A stretch of DNA of 64,000 bases from Vicugna vicugna (taxonomy: Eukaryota): contig MU058065.1 in NCBI GenBank assembly GCA_013265495.1, positions 496,001 to 560,000 of the forward strand, read 5' to 3'. Made by a program: the position numbers and the translations under genes. Positions within the stretch are counted from its first letter, which is position 1. Each line of letters begins with the position of its first letter. This document shows positions 36,781-49,730 of the stretch, piece by piece. Below the pieces are notes generated by a model. That model worked only from the letters and a program-made list of their open reading frames with translations, did no database searches and had not been told where the DNA came from.

Positions 36781-39343
36781 CACTCTTTATTGTAGAAACT
36801 TCTGTTAAAAGGTGGATTAGAGAATGGCTCCAATCTGAGAACTATGAGGACCCTCCAACTCCCCCACCCTGCCCTGAATTAAGAGCAGCTTGGACCCATC
36901 CAACTGCATGGGTGTGGACTGCGGGCCTCATATAGGAGAAAAAAGAGAGAGATCAGTGGTCCAGCTTTTACGCCAAGCAGAAACAGAAGCTCAAGATGAC
37001 TACTAATGGTAGCCCCAAGTGGCTGGTCTTCATACCTAAACCACACGCGACAGAAGGGAACTGACAGCGAAGGTCCTGCTTTAAGGCACGGCGATTCTGC
37101 CCACTAGGGAAGCATACCCTGATAAAGGCCATACTGTGGCACGTTAGGCTAGTTGCCCTTCCTTCCTGGGAGAAGTAAGTCAGGATGGAGAGAGGCAGTC
37201 TACACTGGGTGTCTGTAATGCTTTTTAAGAGGGATGTGTGCTTCTGGTTTCTTCTCTTTGGCCAGAAAGTGGAATAGAGACTGAGAAAGAAAGCAATACT
37301 TCTCTGATGATTAATAATGTTAGTAACAATTATAAGCTCATACTGTTTAGAACACATTTTGCTAAGAGCTTTATATATATTATCTCCACTGAAATTAAAA
37401 ATAATCTGCCTCTTCTCCTCCTCTCTGACTTTCCTTTGTGTTTTCTTCTCTTGAAATTTCTTCTCCTTTGTTTGGCCCTCTACAAATTCCACCAATATTC
37501 AACTCACATGCCTCTATCTTAGACTCACAAGGAGCAAAGTTCTCTTCAACCGTGAATTCCATACTCTCCTCCCCTCGATTTTGTATGCATAGAAGGGGAG
37601 GAAAAGGAATCAGAGTAAGAGTGATGGATGAAATATCTACTGATAAAAAGGTAACTCATCTTTTTCTCTTCTAAGTACTTTAAGGTTGGGAACATTTTTA
37701 TTTATTTCAAACATTTACGCAGGATACTTAAAACATTTTATATAGACCACACTGCAATATGTGTAAGAGGAAATGCTCATTATTTTGCAGAGCTTGAAAT
37801 TGAAAATATAACTGAGAAATCTACAAGAAATCACTCTTGCAAAACATTTCCGATATAAGACTAACTCTATGTGATATTAATAGATGTTCTTTGGAAAGGA
37901 ATTCTTTAAGTTAAACAGATTTGGAAGAGTTCTGGATTTAACTAACATATTTTACTTCCTCAAGGAATATTCAGGACTTTTAACATATTAATTTTAATTG
38001 CACTTTTCCAAGGATATAGTCTGAAGAGTTTCTCAAAGTTATCCCACCATGAATTCATTTGGTAAGGAGCATCTTTTAACAGAATGAATGTTCTGTGGAA
38101 GATACTTTGGGAAATGCCTCCCCAGCAGACATGAATAATTTTCCTTATGAAAATTCCTCATTTCCTTATATCAATAATCTGAATTCTAATGTCACAACAT
38201 ACACATTTATTAACATCAGAAGTTCTACTTCAAACACATAACTTTCATATATTGAAATATTACTTGATTTTTATATTTTCTATCATTAAATCCACTTACA
38301 TTGAGCTTTCTTTTTTCCCTAAGCCACTCCCTTGTTTTCATGCCTGAGGGTTAACCTATCAACAGCAACCAAATGTCAAAAATATATTTCAGTGGAGATA
38401 AGAATAATATGTTTTTAATATGAGTTTAACTCTGATACAATAAAGAGAAAAAGCAATCAGAAATATCACATATCACTCCTTCTTGAACAGCAAGGAACTA
38501 ACTTTTCCCCGATTTTTTTGTTCTTGTCTCTTGCGCCAGTAACAGGCATATTAGGACTAAACAGTGCCAATATTAATACCAGATTAGATATATATTAGAG
38601 TTGAATGATTGCATAATGATTATTATAATTTATTAATTCACAATAATTCACATAATAATGAACATAAATAGCTTTACTATTTATATTCCCAATTTATTAA
38701 TCAGTTAAGTGGGCGCTTAGAACACAGAAAAGCCCCCTACAATGCTAAGACGATAAGGAACAAAGACTAAAAGAGACTAAAAGAAATAAGAAATTGCAAA
38801 ACACTTTGTGTAAGGTATATAAAAGTTGAGGTTTTTTTGGGGGGGTGGGGGAAATGACTTGAAAAATATCCTCTGTACTTGTACGACTACTGTGTACATT
38901 TTGTAGAAAAAGACTCAGAAAGCTATAGTTTGAAAATTATATGAAAATATCCACCAAAAATGGATCAAGAAATATCAAAAAGGTTGAGTTGGGTAGTAGA
39001 GAAGGCCTTGAACTTAGAATCAGGAAAAGACGGCTCTAGGCTTGACATTGTCATAGGAAAGGTGTGTGCCCTTGAGAGGGGTTTATGAATTATTAGATTA
39101 TTGTTAAGATCATTTCTACTTCTAAATGTATGCCATTACCTTAAAGGTATCTGGAAATAATTTACTAGATTCTAAGTGTGTTTGGTAGTTTTGCCATATG
39201 TATATTTGGTGCCCCCGAGGAATGATGTAATTATGTGTTAAACATAGTGAACTGCATATCTTCAGAGATACATGAAAGAAAACCAACTACTTCAGAGGAA
39301 ATTAAGATAAAAGATGGGATGGAGGCGTGGTTACATGGCTTGT

Positions 39344-39383
<40 letters not shown>
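39344..39383. repeat. (TG)n microsatellite
   Basis: Directly visible. Confidence 0.97.
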
Positions 39384-39390
<7 letters not shown>

Positions 39391-39732
39391 TGCTCCAGTC
39401 CAATTTGGCTTGAAGTTTTCTTTGCAGAGCCCTAGTTAATGTAGAAGTTGGTAAGGTGTGGGAATTGAGAGGAGGTGGCTTTTGGTACTCTTGTGTTCCA
39501 TCTAACTGGGCCAGCACAGTCGATTTTTGCACTGGCTCCAAAGATGTATTTTTGTACCAGGAAGAGTTGCCTTCCATAAGCTTTACATAAGGGTTGCCTT
39601 TCCTCCAAATCCCTTCGGAAGGAATATCTGGAGAATGAGCTGGCAGTTTATTATCCTCTCAGATACATAATAATTCACGCTTTATTTATAGTCACCCTGG
39701 AAACCTAAATTTTGGAGACTTCATGCCTGCAC

Positions 39733-40310
39733 TGTGGCTGTATAAGTGACAAATGACCACAGGTTTAGCAGTTTTAATATCCGTTTATGGTCTCACAGTT
39801 TCTGGGAGTCAGAAGTTCAGGCACAGGTGCTCTACTGGTTGCCTGCTTAGAGCCTTGGAACACGGTTGTGTCCCTGTCTGGAGGCTATGGGGCAGGGGGG
39901 AATTCATTTCCAGGTTCATTGATTTCAAGTTATTGATTGAATTCAGTGCTATGCAGCTCACAGTTGAAGGTTATTCTTAGCTTCTGGAGGTCACCTGCTT
40001 TTGAAAGCCTGTGGCCTCCTTCAAGCCAGCAAAGAAGGGTTAAGAAATCTCACTTCTAATTTTTCTGGCTTCCCTTCTGCTTCACCTCACCTGCCTTTGA
40101 TTACGACCAGAGAGATTTCTCTGTTTTCTTCACACGATTCGCATGATTAGATTGGCTTCCCATGGATGTTCTAGGACCAATTTCCTGTCTGAAGATTTAT
40201 AACCTTAATTGCAATTGGAAAGTCCTTTCAAAGAAGTACCTAGATTAGGGTTGAATAACCACGAGATGGGGATTTGAGTGGGGCACATCTTTGTAATTCT
40301 GCCTAACACA
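39733..40310 (-). mobile_element. MaLR LTR (MLT1E/F-like)
   Basis: acaaatgaccacaggtttagcag...tctcacagtttctgggagtcagaagttcaggcac...taattctgcctaacaca. Confidence 0.85.
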
Positions 40311-40384
40311 GTGGCATAGTTTGGAATTTAATTCATTGTGAATTTTAATGCTTATATATGAATGAGAAATTCTCCTTCCTCACT

Positions 40385-40745
40385 GATTCATTCATCTATT
40401 TTCTTAGTAATTATTTCTGGAAAGCCTATGTATTATTTGCCAGGCACTGATCTGGGCACTGAGGATATAATGGGGAGTGAGAATAGATCTGTGTTACCCA
40501 GTATGGTAGCCACGAACCATATTTAGAGCCATTGCAAATTTGATTGTGGCAAATGAGCCTGAGGAACCAAAGTTTGAATTATATTTTACTATAATTTGTT
40601 TACATTTAAGGAGTCTCATGTGCCTGGTGGCTGCCATGTTGACAGTAGAGATAGAATATTTGGATCACAGCAGAAAGTTCTATTAACAATGCTATGCTAG
40701 ACAGAAAAAGTCCCTGCCCTCTTGTAGTTTATAGTCTACTGTGAA
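40385..40745 (-). mobile_element. L2 3' end interrupted by MER3
   Basis: attcattcatc...tgccaggcactgatctgggcactgaggata [insertion] gacagaaaaagtccctgccctcttgtagtttatagtcta. Confidence 0.75.
40492..40695 (-). mobile_element. MER3 (hAT-Charlie)
   Basis: cagtatggtagccac...tgaggaac...ggtggctgccatgttgacag...gcagaaagttctatt. Confidence 0.8.
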
Positions 40746-40747
40746 AT

Positions 40748-40972
40748 CAACATTCTTTTCCATAAGGGACTCAACAGTAAAATTTTAGCTTTTTGGACCA
40801 AATGGTTTATTTTTCACCTACCTAACTTTGCCGCTGTTAAGTGAGAGCTACAACAGCCATTCATAGACATTCATGAATGGATGAGTGTGGCTATGTTTTC
40901 CAATAAAATGTGACAAGACTGGGCAATGAAGCAGATTTGCTCAGTGGGCTGTCATTTGCACAGTCTGGTTCT
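40748..40972 (+). mobile_element. MER58A-like (hAT-Charlie)
   Basis: cagtaaaattttagc...cagccattcatagac...gagtgtggctatgttttccaataaaa...gatttgctcagtgggctgtcatttgc. Confidence 0.75.
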
Positions 40973-41104
40973 AGTGGGTGACTCCCTACCCATTTATCTT
41001 GTGGCTGTTACTAGATCTTCTCCACTTGTGCTATGATCTTCACTTTTCTTACTAGACCAAGCATCATTTTATTCAACAATCTATGGGGTTTCAGCCCTTA
41101 TTAC

Positions 41105-41480
41105 TGTCTTAGTGCTGTCATAGCAAAATACCAGAGACTGAGTGGCTTAAACAACAGAAGTGTATTTACTTTCTCAGGTCTGGAGTCCAAGGTCAAGGCG
41201 TCGGCAGGTTTGGTTTTTTTCTGAGTCCACTTACCTTGTTTTGCAGCTGCCTTCTTGCTCTTCCTCTGTGTGTGCTTATTCCTGGTGTCTCCTGTGTGTC
41301 AAATTTCCTCTTCTTATGAGGATACCAGTCAGATTGGTTTAAGACCCATCCTACCCTAATGGCTTCATTTTTAACTTCATTACTCTTTAGAATGCTTATC
41401 TCTAAACACGGTTACATTCTGAGGTTCTGGGAGTTAAGGCTTCAGCATATGAATTTTGGGATATAATTCAGCCCATAACA
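41105..41480 (-). mobile_element. MaLR LTR (MLT1A0/B-like)
   Basis: tgtcttag...aaaataccagagactgagtggcttaaacaacagaag...tcttatgaggataccagtcagattgg...aattcagcccataaca. Confidence 0.92.
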
Positions 41481-41564
41481 AGCTTTAGGTTTTAATACAG
41501 GGCTTTTCACACTTGCCCCAAACTAGGACCACATGGGAGCTCAGGTCCTCTTTAAGAGATCACT

Positions 41565-43643
41565 TGCATTAACACCTATCCTTCTGAAAATATTCCAAAA
41601 AATTGCAGAGGAAGGAGCACTTTTGAATTCATTCTATGAGGCCACCATCACTCTTATACCAAAACCAGACAAAGATATCACACAAAAAAAATTACCAACC
41701 AATATCACTGATGAATATAGATGCAAAAATCCTTAACAAAATACTGACAACCAACTCCAACAATACATTAAAACAATCATAAGCCATTATCAAGTGGGCT
41801 TTATCTTAGGGATGCAAGAATTTTTCAATATCTGCAAATCAATGTGATACATCACATTAACAAACTGAAGAATAAAAACCCTATGATAATTTCAATAGGT
41901 GCAGAAAAAAGCTTCTGATAAAATTCAACATCTATTTATGATAAAAAATTCTCCAGACAGTGGTCATAGAGGTAATGTACCTCAACGTAAGAAAGGCTAT
42001 ATATGACAAGCCCGTAGCTAACATCATACTCAATGATGACAACNNNNNNNNNNNNNNNNNNNNNNNNNNNNNNNNNNNNNNNNNNNNNNNNNNNNNNNNN
42101 NNNNNNNNNNNNNNNNNNNNNNNNNNNNNNNNNNNNNNNNNNNNNNNNNNNNNNNNNNNNNNNNNNNNNNNNNNNNNNNNNNNNNNNNNNNNNNNNNNNN
42201 NNNNNNNNNATGATACTACACATAGAAAATCCAAAAAAACACAACCAGAAAACTACCAGAACTCATCAAAGAATTTGGTAAAGTTGCAGGATACAAAATT
42301 AATATACAGAAATCTGCTGCATCTCTATACTCTAACAACAAAATATCAGAAAAGACAAATTAAGGAAACAATCCCATTTACCACTGCATCAGAAAGAATA
42401 AAATACCCTGGACTAAACCTACTTAAAGAAGCAAAAGACCTGTACTCGGAGAACTATCAGACACTGATGAAAGAAACTGAAGACAACACAAACAATTGGA
42501 AAGATGTACTGTGTTCTTGAATTGAATGAATCAATATTGTTAAAACAAACACACTACCCAAGGCAATCCACAGATTCAGTGCAATCACTACAAAATCACC
42601 AACGGCAGTTTTCACAGAACTGAAACAACAACAAAAAATTTAAGTTTGTATGGAAACATGAAAGATCCCAAATAGCCAAAACAATCCTGAGAAAAAAAAC
42701 CGAGCTGGAGGAGTCATGCACCCTGACTTACTACAAAGCTGCAGTAATCAATTCTGGCACATGAGCAGACGTATAGATCGAAAGAATAGGATAGAAAAAC
42801 CAGAAATAAAACCACACGCTTATGACCGATTAATCTATGACAAAGGAGACAAGAATATACAATGGAGAGAAGACAAGCTCTTCGGTAAGTGATGTTGGGA
42901 AAACTGGACAGCTACATGCAAAAAGAATGAAATTAGAACATTCCTTAGCACCATATGAAAATAAACTCAAAATGGATTAAAGATCTTAATACAAGACTGG
43001 ATACTACAAAACTCCTAGAGGAAAACATAGGCATAACACTGACATAAACCCCAGCAATATTTTTTGGATTCGTCTCCTAGATAATGGAAATAAAAGCAAA
43101 AATAAGCATATGGGACCTAATTAAACTTAAAGGCTTTTGCACAGCAAAGGAAATCATAAACAAAATGAAAAGACAACTTATGGGAGAAAGTATTTGCAAA
43201 TGATGTGACTGATAAGGGCTTAATTTTCAAAATATATAGACTGCTTATACAGCTTAATGTAAAAAAACAAACAACCTGCCTAATCCAAAAATGGGCAGAA
43301 GACCTAAACAGACACTTCTCCAAAGAAGACATACAGATGGCTAATAGGCACATGAAAAATACTCCATATTGCTAATTATCAGAGAAATGAAAGTCAAAAC
43401 TACAATAAGGTATCATCTCACACCAGTTAGAATGGCCATTATTCAAAAGTCCACAACAAGCAGTGATGGGGAGGATGTGGAGAAAAGGGAACCCTCCTAC
43501 ACTGTTGGTTGGAAGGTAGTTTGGTGCAGCCATTATGGAAAACAGTATGGAGATTTCGTAAAAAATGAAAAATAAAGTTACCATTTGATCCAGCAATCCC
43601 ACTCCTGTGCATATATCCAGAAGGAATTCTAATTTGGAAAAAT
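41565..43643 (+). mobile_element. L1 LINE, 5'-truncated ORF2 (reverse transcriptase to C-terminal region), frameshifted and non-functional
   Basis: Translatable ORF2 motifs [86 protein letters not shown]; multiple stops and frameshifts. Confidence 0.97.
42044..42209. other. Assembly gap (166 N) inside L1 RT domain
   Basis: N run. Confidence 1.
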
Positions 43644-43788
43644 NNNNNNNNNNNNNNNNNNNNNNNNNNNNNNNNNNNNNNNNNNNNNNNNNNNNNNNNN
43701 NNNNNNNNNNNNNNNNNNNNNNNNNNNNNNNNNNNNNNNNNNNNNNNNNNNNNNNNNNNNNNNNNNNNNNNNNNNNNNNNNNNNNNNN
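43644..43788. other. Assembly gap (~145 N)
   Basis: N run. Confidence 1.
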
Positions 43789-43789
43789 T

Positions 43790-44002
43790 TTTAAAATTTA
43801 GAATTTTAAAACAACTCTCTACACATATAAAATTTAAAATGACCCATTTAAAATTAGAAATGGATCACTTTCTCAAAAAATTAAAAACAATCACAACCCC
43901 TCGACTATGAAATAGGTAATCTTGTAACTATTAAGCAAATATTTATAACTTTTAAAATCCTTAAAACAGATATCTCCATGCCCATGTGGTTTCACTGGGT
44001 AA
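43790..44002 (+). mobile_element. Older, more diverged L1 ORF2 fragment
   Basis: aaatggatcactttctc...gtaactattaag...ccatgcccatgtggtttcactgggtaat resembles the ORF2 ...ccagatggcttcactggtgaat region. Confidence 0.55.
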
Positions 44003-44269
44003 TGCGAACTATTTGTATCTCATATTATTAATTGCTTGTGTCTCTTTGCCCTTATGTTTTGTTGTGCTGACTCTCATAATGATTCCCCAGGGGAAGAAGC
44101 CTCTTCCTACAAAAATGCTGTGTAGAAACAATAAAACAAAACAAGGGGGAAATCATCATACAGTCCATGAAGCAATGTCACATGTGCCTTCTCCATTACA
44201 CAAAGTATGCCTCAGTTCACATCTTCTACACTGTTTGTCCAAATGAAAGAAAAATGAACTCAGTATAGA

Positions 44270-44500
44270 CAAGGTTTTCTCAACAGTGGCACTGTTAACA
44301 TTTTGAGACAGATCATTCCCCTTTTTTTGTGGGGACCTGTCCTGTGCATTGTAGGATGTTGAGTGACATCCCTGACCTCTTCAAAGAGATTCCAATAGCA
44401 TCCCCTAGCCTCATTTCACTCCACTTACAACAAGCAAAAATTTCCCCAGGACATTTCCAAGTGTCTTCTAGAGTAATCATTACTCTTGATTAAGAGCTGC
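44270..44500 (-). mobile_element. MER20 (hAT-Charlie)
   Basis: ggttttctcaac..ggcactgttaacattttg...ctgtcctgtgcattgtaggatgttgagtgacatccctgacctc. Confidence 0.9.
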
Positions 44501-46489
44501 TGATGTAAGCAAAAATGGGACATCTGAAGTTTGTCCTCTTTTATTCCTGCTCTCTGTTTTCATACTTACTTCTTTCAACTCAGGGGTGAGCCATCCCTCA
44601 TGACAAGCAGAGTGTCTTCCTACTTTTTTCTCCACTTTTCACTTATAAGCACAGAGAATTCATTTATTTGTGAATTCTTACATTCACTTGTATAATTTTC
44701 ACTATATGAACATGTGTTTGGGTCAAATTGACAGACAATATCCTTTGGGAGGTTGTCTTCACTGATAAAACATCTTGTTTAGCCACATCTACCAGATCAA
44801 CTGATCATATCTGAGAGACACAGAATCCAGGCAGTTCTTTCTTTTTTAATTTTTAATTGAATATATTTTAATTGATTGATAAAATTGGTAAATTGGCTCT
44901 GGAGATAGTCTCTGTCCTAGGCTTTCTATGGTAAAATTCTACCAGAACACATTTTTAATGCCTAAATTATAAATCTCAGACAATATATTTCAGTGTCCAA
45001 ATGATAAGTACATAAAATTTGTAACCCAACATTTGAGCCTCAAATTAAAATCAGCTACATTATGTTATCACTGATGGTTGCTTTAAACATTTTCTTTTGT
45101 CTGATCTTTTTCCTTTTTTGTTATGTATTTTTAATTTTTCATTGAAATTGAAATGACCCAAACTATGTCAGGTCCATGTACTGAACACTGTGATCCAATA
45201 GTTCTATACATTACAAAATGATCACAGGGAGTTTTAACGTTTGGAAAATTTTGATGTCATCCTGAAACGCAGAGTTTCAAGATAGTTGAATTTAAAATTT
45301 TTATTTATTTGTGTGGCATTTCAGAAATTAAGTAAGTCATAGTTCATGATTTTTACCTTAACATTTATCAAAAACTGGTTATCTGAAAAAATGGTTTTAA
45401 AATATGCTCATAGGACTAAGGCAAAAAATAGTTTCCATGATTAGATGAATTTAGGAATATACAAAGTTAAGCAAGACTCAAATTCAGAACTTTTTTTCAC
45501 TACTATGTGTTAGGAAAGAGACACAGTGTATCTAAACCATGGGGCCTAAACATATTTCATCTATTTATTTCCTACACATATTTAGCCAGAATACGTTTCT
45601 CACTTCATTGAATATATCATGTTGTCAGTGGTGCCCAGATTACACTACAGGGAAATAGATACTCTGCAAAATTTGGCCTAGTTTGTTTTACTCTGGGAGG
45701 GATTAAAAATGTACACAGACAAATAATTACTTTGCATAGAAAAATGTAGTCAACAGTGTACAGAACAAAGTTCATGGAAGGGAGAGCATTGTTTTCTTTT
45801 TTGGTTTTAAGTGCAAAGAGAATAAGAAAAAATTTACCAGGAGGCAATTTGTAGGGAGTGGGATATGGAACAAATTCTATGACAAGGCAGGCCATATGTG
45901 AATATAAATGTCATTAGTCCATATGGACAGAATGTAAGAAAATCATGGGTAACATTTCTTACAAAATTATTTTGATTGCCATTCAGAGACCCTACACTGC
46001 AGTTCAGACTTTGGAACTTCTGGAGGCAAAGGAGCAATGGAAGAATGGTGATGGGGATAGTGTGTGAGTCATGTTTCAAGAGCATCAATCTAACCATTGA
46101 GTACGGAATAAACTGAAACAGTAAAGAAAAAAAGGCACCAGAAAAACAAGAGAGAATGGATAAATTATGAGGCTGTTAAGTTTTGGAGGCATATAATTAG
46201 CCATGAATTGGGGTACGGAGTAAAGACGGTGAGGACAGAAATCTACATCTTTCCCATTCCATAACATGGTTTATGTGGATAGATGTTAATTATAATTCTT
46301 GCTCTCTTTCAGCCATCACCTTAACTTAAATATCCTCCTTTCAAAAAAGCAGAAAACTCAGAGCTTTGTACACATCTCAAGTGTATGTGTTAAGTCTTGT
46401 CTTTCACAATACCTCTTCCTTCCTGGTTATTGCAATTTTAACTTCCCTGGAAAATGTACCAAACTCTGGCCTCTCCCAATTCCTCAATT

Positions 46490-46670
46490 TTTTTTTTAAC
46501 TGAAGTACAGTCAATTACAGTGTGTCAATTTCTGGTGCACAGCACAATGTCCCAGTCATGCATATACATATACATATTCATTTTCATGTTTTTTTCATGA
46601 AAGGTTATTACAAGATATTGAACATAGTTCCCTGTGCTATACAGAAGAAAATTTTTTTTAAATCTGTTTT
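46490..46670 (-). mobile_element. Lineage-specific (camelid-type) L1 3' end, heavily 5'-truncated
   Basis: Poly-T then aactgaagtacagtcaattacagtgtgtcaatttctggtgcacagcacaatgtcccagtcatgc...gatattgaacatagttccctgtgctatacagaag. Confidence 0.85.
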
Positions 46671-46689
46671 TGTCCTCTAATCTTAATGC

Positions 46690-46860
46690 ACTTTTTTTTC
46701 ATTTTTTTCTATGGCATGTATCACCTTTTAACATAAAATAGGTTTTACCTATCTGTTACCTCTGTTGTCTGTCCCTTATATTAGAATGCAAGTTCTAGGG
46801 TAGATATAACTTGTGCTCAGTACAGGTTTGTTGAATGAATGAATGAATGAATGAATAGAT
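46690..46860 (+). mobile_element. L2 3' end
   Basis: attagaatgcaagttctaggg...ctcagtacaggtttgtt(gaat)n. Confidence 0.75.
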
Positions 46861-47692
46861 TAGTTGCAAAGTCGGAACTAAATTGTGACATAGGATTTCT
46901 AGAGCATGCTTCTTTAGAATTCTCTTTTACATGCTTAACAGTGGTGATGTTTTTACAGTTTGCAAATTAAAGGGTACGCTATTGATATTTGCAAATTAAG
47001 AAATTATTGTGCAGAAGATAATTATATCAAAGTTTCAGGCATTCACCTCAATGAAACTTTCCAGCAATATCATAAGAACAAAGTTGAGTTAAACTGCGCA
47101 GTCTTACAAATCCTTCAGTGTTAGTCAGTCACCTGTTACATATTGACAAAGGGAATTCTGGGAAGGTCACTAAAAACAGATGACCCACCAGGTTTCACCT
47201 AGAAGGGTGTGCTCTACAAATACATGGCCATGTGACTGCGCCTTGGTGAGCCAGCAGGCAGTGTGGGGCCAGATTTTGGCTTACTCAAAGGCAACAAAGG
47301 AAGTCAGCCATATGGTGTTATTTCAAGGATGTCAGGGAAAACTTTGTATGTGCTCCCAAATGCTTTTCCTACCTACTTGTTACTGATTTTACTAGGAGAC
47401 CAAAAAAAAAAAAAATCACACCTGTCTTTCTACAAATACATATATGGCTTAAAATGCAAATTCCTTTTGAAAAAGTCAAACCCTGGTATTTAAAGTCCAT
47501 TAAGATATAAATAATAGCAACTTTTTTTTCTTGAAAGGATGTGCTAATTTGGAGATTTCAATACAGAGACATGGCAAACCTGATCATACGGAGCCTCAGA
47601 GTACCAGAGCAGGTGTTTAAATACAAAGGAAAAATTGAATACATTCAATGAAGTAGCTATCTTCACTGCAGTTTAACGAGTTCAGTTCTTCT

Positions 47693-47711
47693 GTGTGTGT
47701 GTGTGTGTGTG
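47693..47711. repeat. (TG)n microsatellite
   Basis: Directly visible. Confidence 0.9.
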
Positions 47712-49318
47712 TAAGAAGGAGGATTTACCAAGCACAGTCCCCCTTTTTTTTTCCCCATCCACAAAGTTCGTGGGTAGAACCCTGTGTCTCACATTGTTTA
47801 TATAATGAAATATTTTGATCTTCAGTTTAGGTAGGTAAGTCTGTATATAAAGTAAGAACATTTCCCAGGGTTCATTGGAATTAAAATGAGACTGCATTCT
47901 ATTTGTTAAGATGAACCACAGAATGGAGGATAAGAGATCATCAACTCCCATTATTAACTAGTTAACTAACTACATAGCCTTAAGGAAACTGTTTCTCGTT
48001 TCTGAAACTATTAATGTCTCCATCTATTAGTCAGTGGGATAAGCAATCTCTAATTGGCCCTCCATCTCTGAGATACTAAGATTTCTTTATTTCTGTCAGT
48101 TCATGAGTAAAATAGATAAGACCTGAGATTAGCGGACAAGATCTCTGAAGGATCTGTGATGAGACAATTTTGTTTAAATATATCCAAGACTGAAGTTGTG
48201 CTGTATTGTGTAATACGATTCTTCTTGGGTCTCCGATTTCCTTTCTATGAAACAAAGATATTAGGTTATAGATTCTGTTTCCTTATGATGAACTATTACA
48301 TGTTTCCATAGTTCTGATATTAACGTCAGATTTTTTAGTTGAGACAAATTATACAGAGGTTTAATGCAGTGAAATAATGGGGCGAACATCAATTAATATA
48401 ATCTTTCTACTTGGTAAAGGGATGGCTACCTAAAATCCCTTCTTCTATTCCTTCATAACTTGTTCATGGTGGTAGGAAGATATTTACAAAAATTGCTAAT
48501 TTAAAATCAACAGGAAATCTATAGATAAGAGAGGCAGGCTGAAGGGTTGCTTTTATAATTCAAAGTCTGTACACTTTGCCCTTAGTATATAATAATGTTT
48601 TTAAATCTAGAAATGTAGGCAAATCTTCTGAAATATATTTGAACTGCATAGATTTTGGAAGTCACTTTATGAAGTAAATTCATGGTAGATACATATGTGT
48701 CTTATTTATTTGAGCATTCTCACAAATATTTTTTTCTAATCCATTTTATTCTAGAAAAATTGAAAAGGTACTCTTTTTTATTCTTTCCCTCTCTTCCACT
48801 TTCACTAGAATTTGCAATTCTCCTTAAATCATTGAGGTTACCATGAAACAAAGACGGCTCTGTCGCTGTATTTTCCAACATTTCAAGTTTGAATTCTTGT
48901 GGATTCTACTTGTAAAGGTTACATTTCAACTCTGTCATGTTCAACCTTAATTTATTAACTAGAAAATTCTTTGCTTCTGGCCAGGCTCCTGGTTGCCAAT
49001 TGCTCTATCCTTTATTTCATTATTTCTGTCCATGTTGTTTTGTTGCTCTGCCTACTGCAGAAGAAATAGCCTCCAGTCAGCAGATTTCCTTCGAATCTGT
49101 GAACAGAGGGTTGATGATCTAAGTGTTTGCTCAGTGGTGACAGGAATGGGGCGGTGACAGAAAGGGGGTTCTGACAAAATAGGAAATCACCTTGTCACCA
49201 GATTTGATCCACTTAAAACCAGGATACTAAAATGTACAGAGAAGCACTATTTGGCTTTCAGTGCAGGTAGAAAAATGAAATCAAAGACTTTATTAGATTC
49301 CCAGGAAATATGAGTTAC

Positions 49319-49730
49319 CGCCGATGTGCCTGTAACTGCAAAGCTGTGCAACACAGCACAATGGAAAACTTTATTGCTTTGTGTCCCTCCAACTCCCATT
49401 TGCATCTGTTTGCTGGATGAATGTACTGGCGGGAATCAGACACGCACAGATCTTGGCTGGCTCGTGCTTGCCGAGGGCCGTCTACGGCAGCCTGCTTTGC
49501 TGTTTGCCTACGTGTGTTTTTCTGTTTTCCTAAAGGAAGACATTTTGCAAGTAAAGGAGCACAGGGGCAACGTGCCATTCGGAAACGGGCTTATACCAGG
49601 CGAGTTCCACGCCAAATGCCGGGCAAGTCACAGGTGCATCCCACCTGAGGCAACGCCGTCCCGTGCTTGGGGGTCTGAGTAGGGGACTGGGATGGAAGGC
49701 GTCTGTCGTGAAGACGCGTGCACATCCGCT
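49319..49730. promoter_or_regulatory. Small CpG-rich patch (CpG-island-like)
   Basis: 23 CpG counted by eye in ~410 bp, against a strongly CpG-depleted background. Confidence 0.45.

Noticed and set aside
36968-37495. 175-aa minus-strand ORF
   Set aside because: The N-terminal part is low-complexity purine-rich sequence; there is no domain, Kozak context or splice support.
41533-43602. ORFs of 67-186 aa as a cellular gene
   Set aside because: They are frameshifted pieces of L1 ORF2 or its antisense strand, and several are inflated by N runs.
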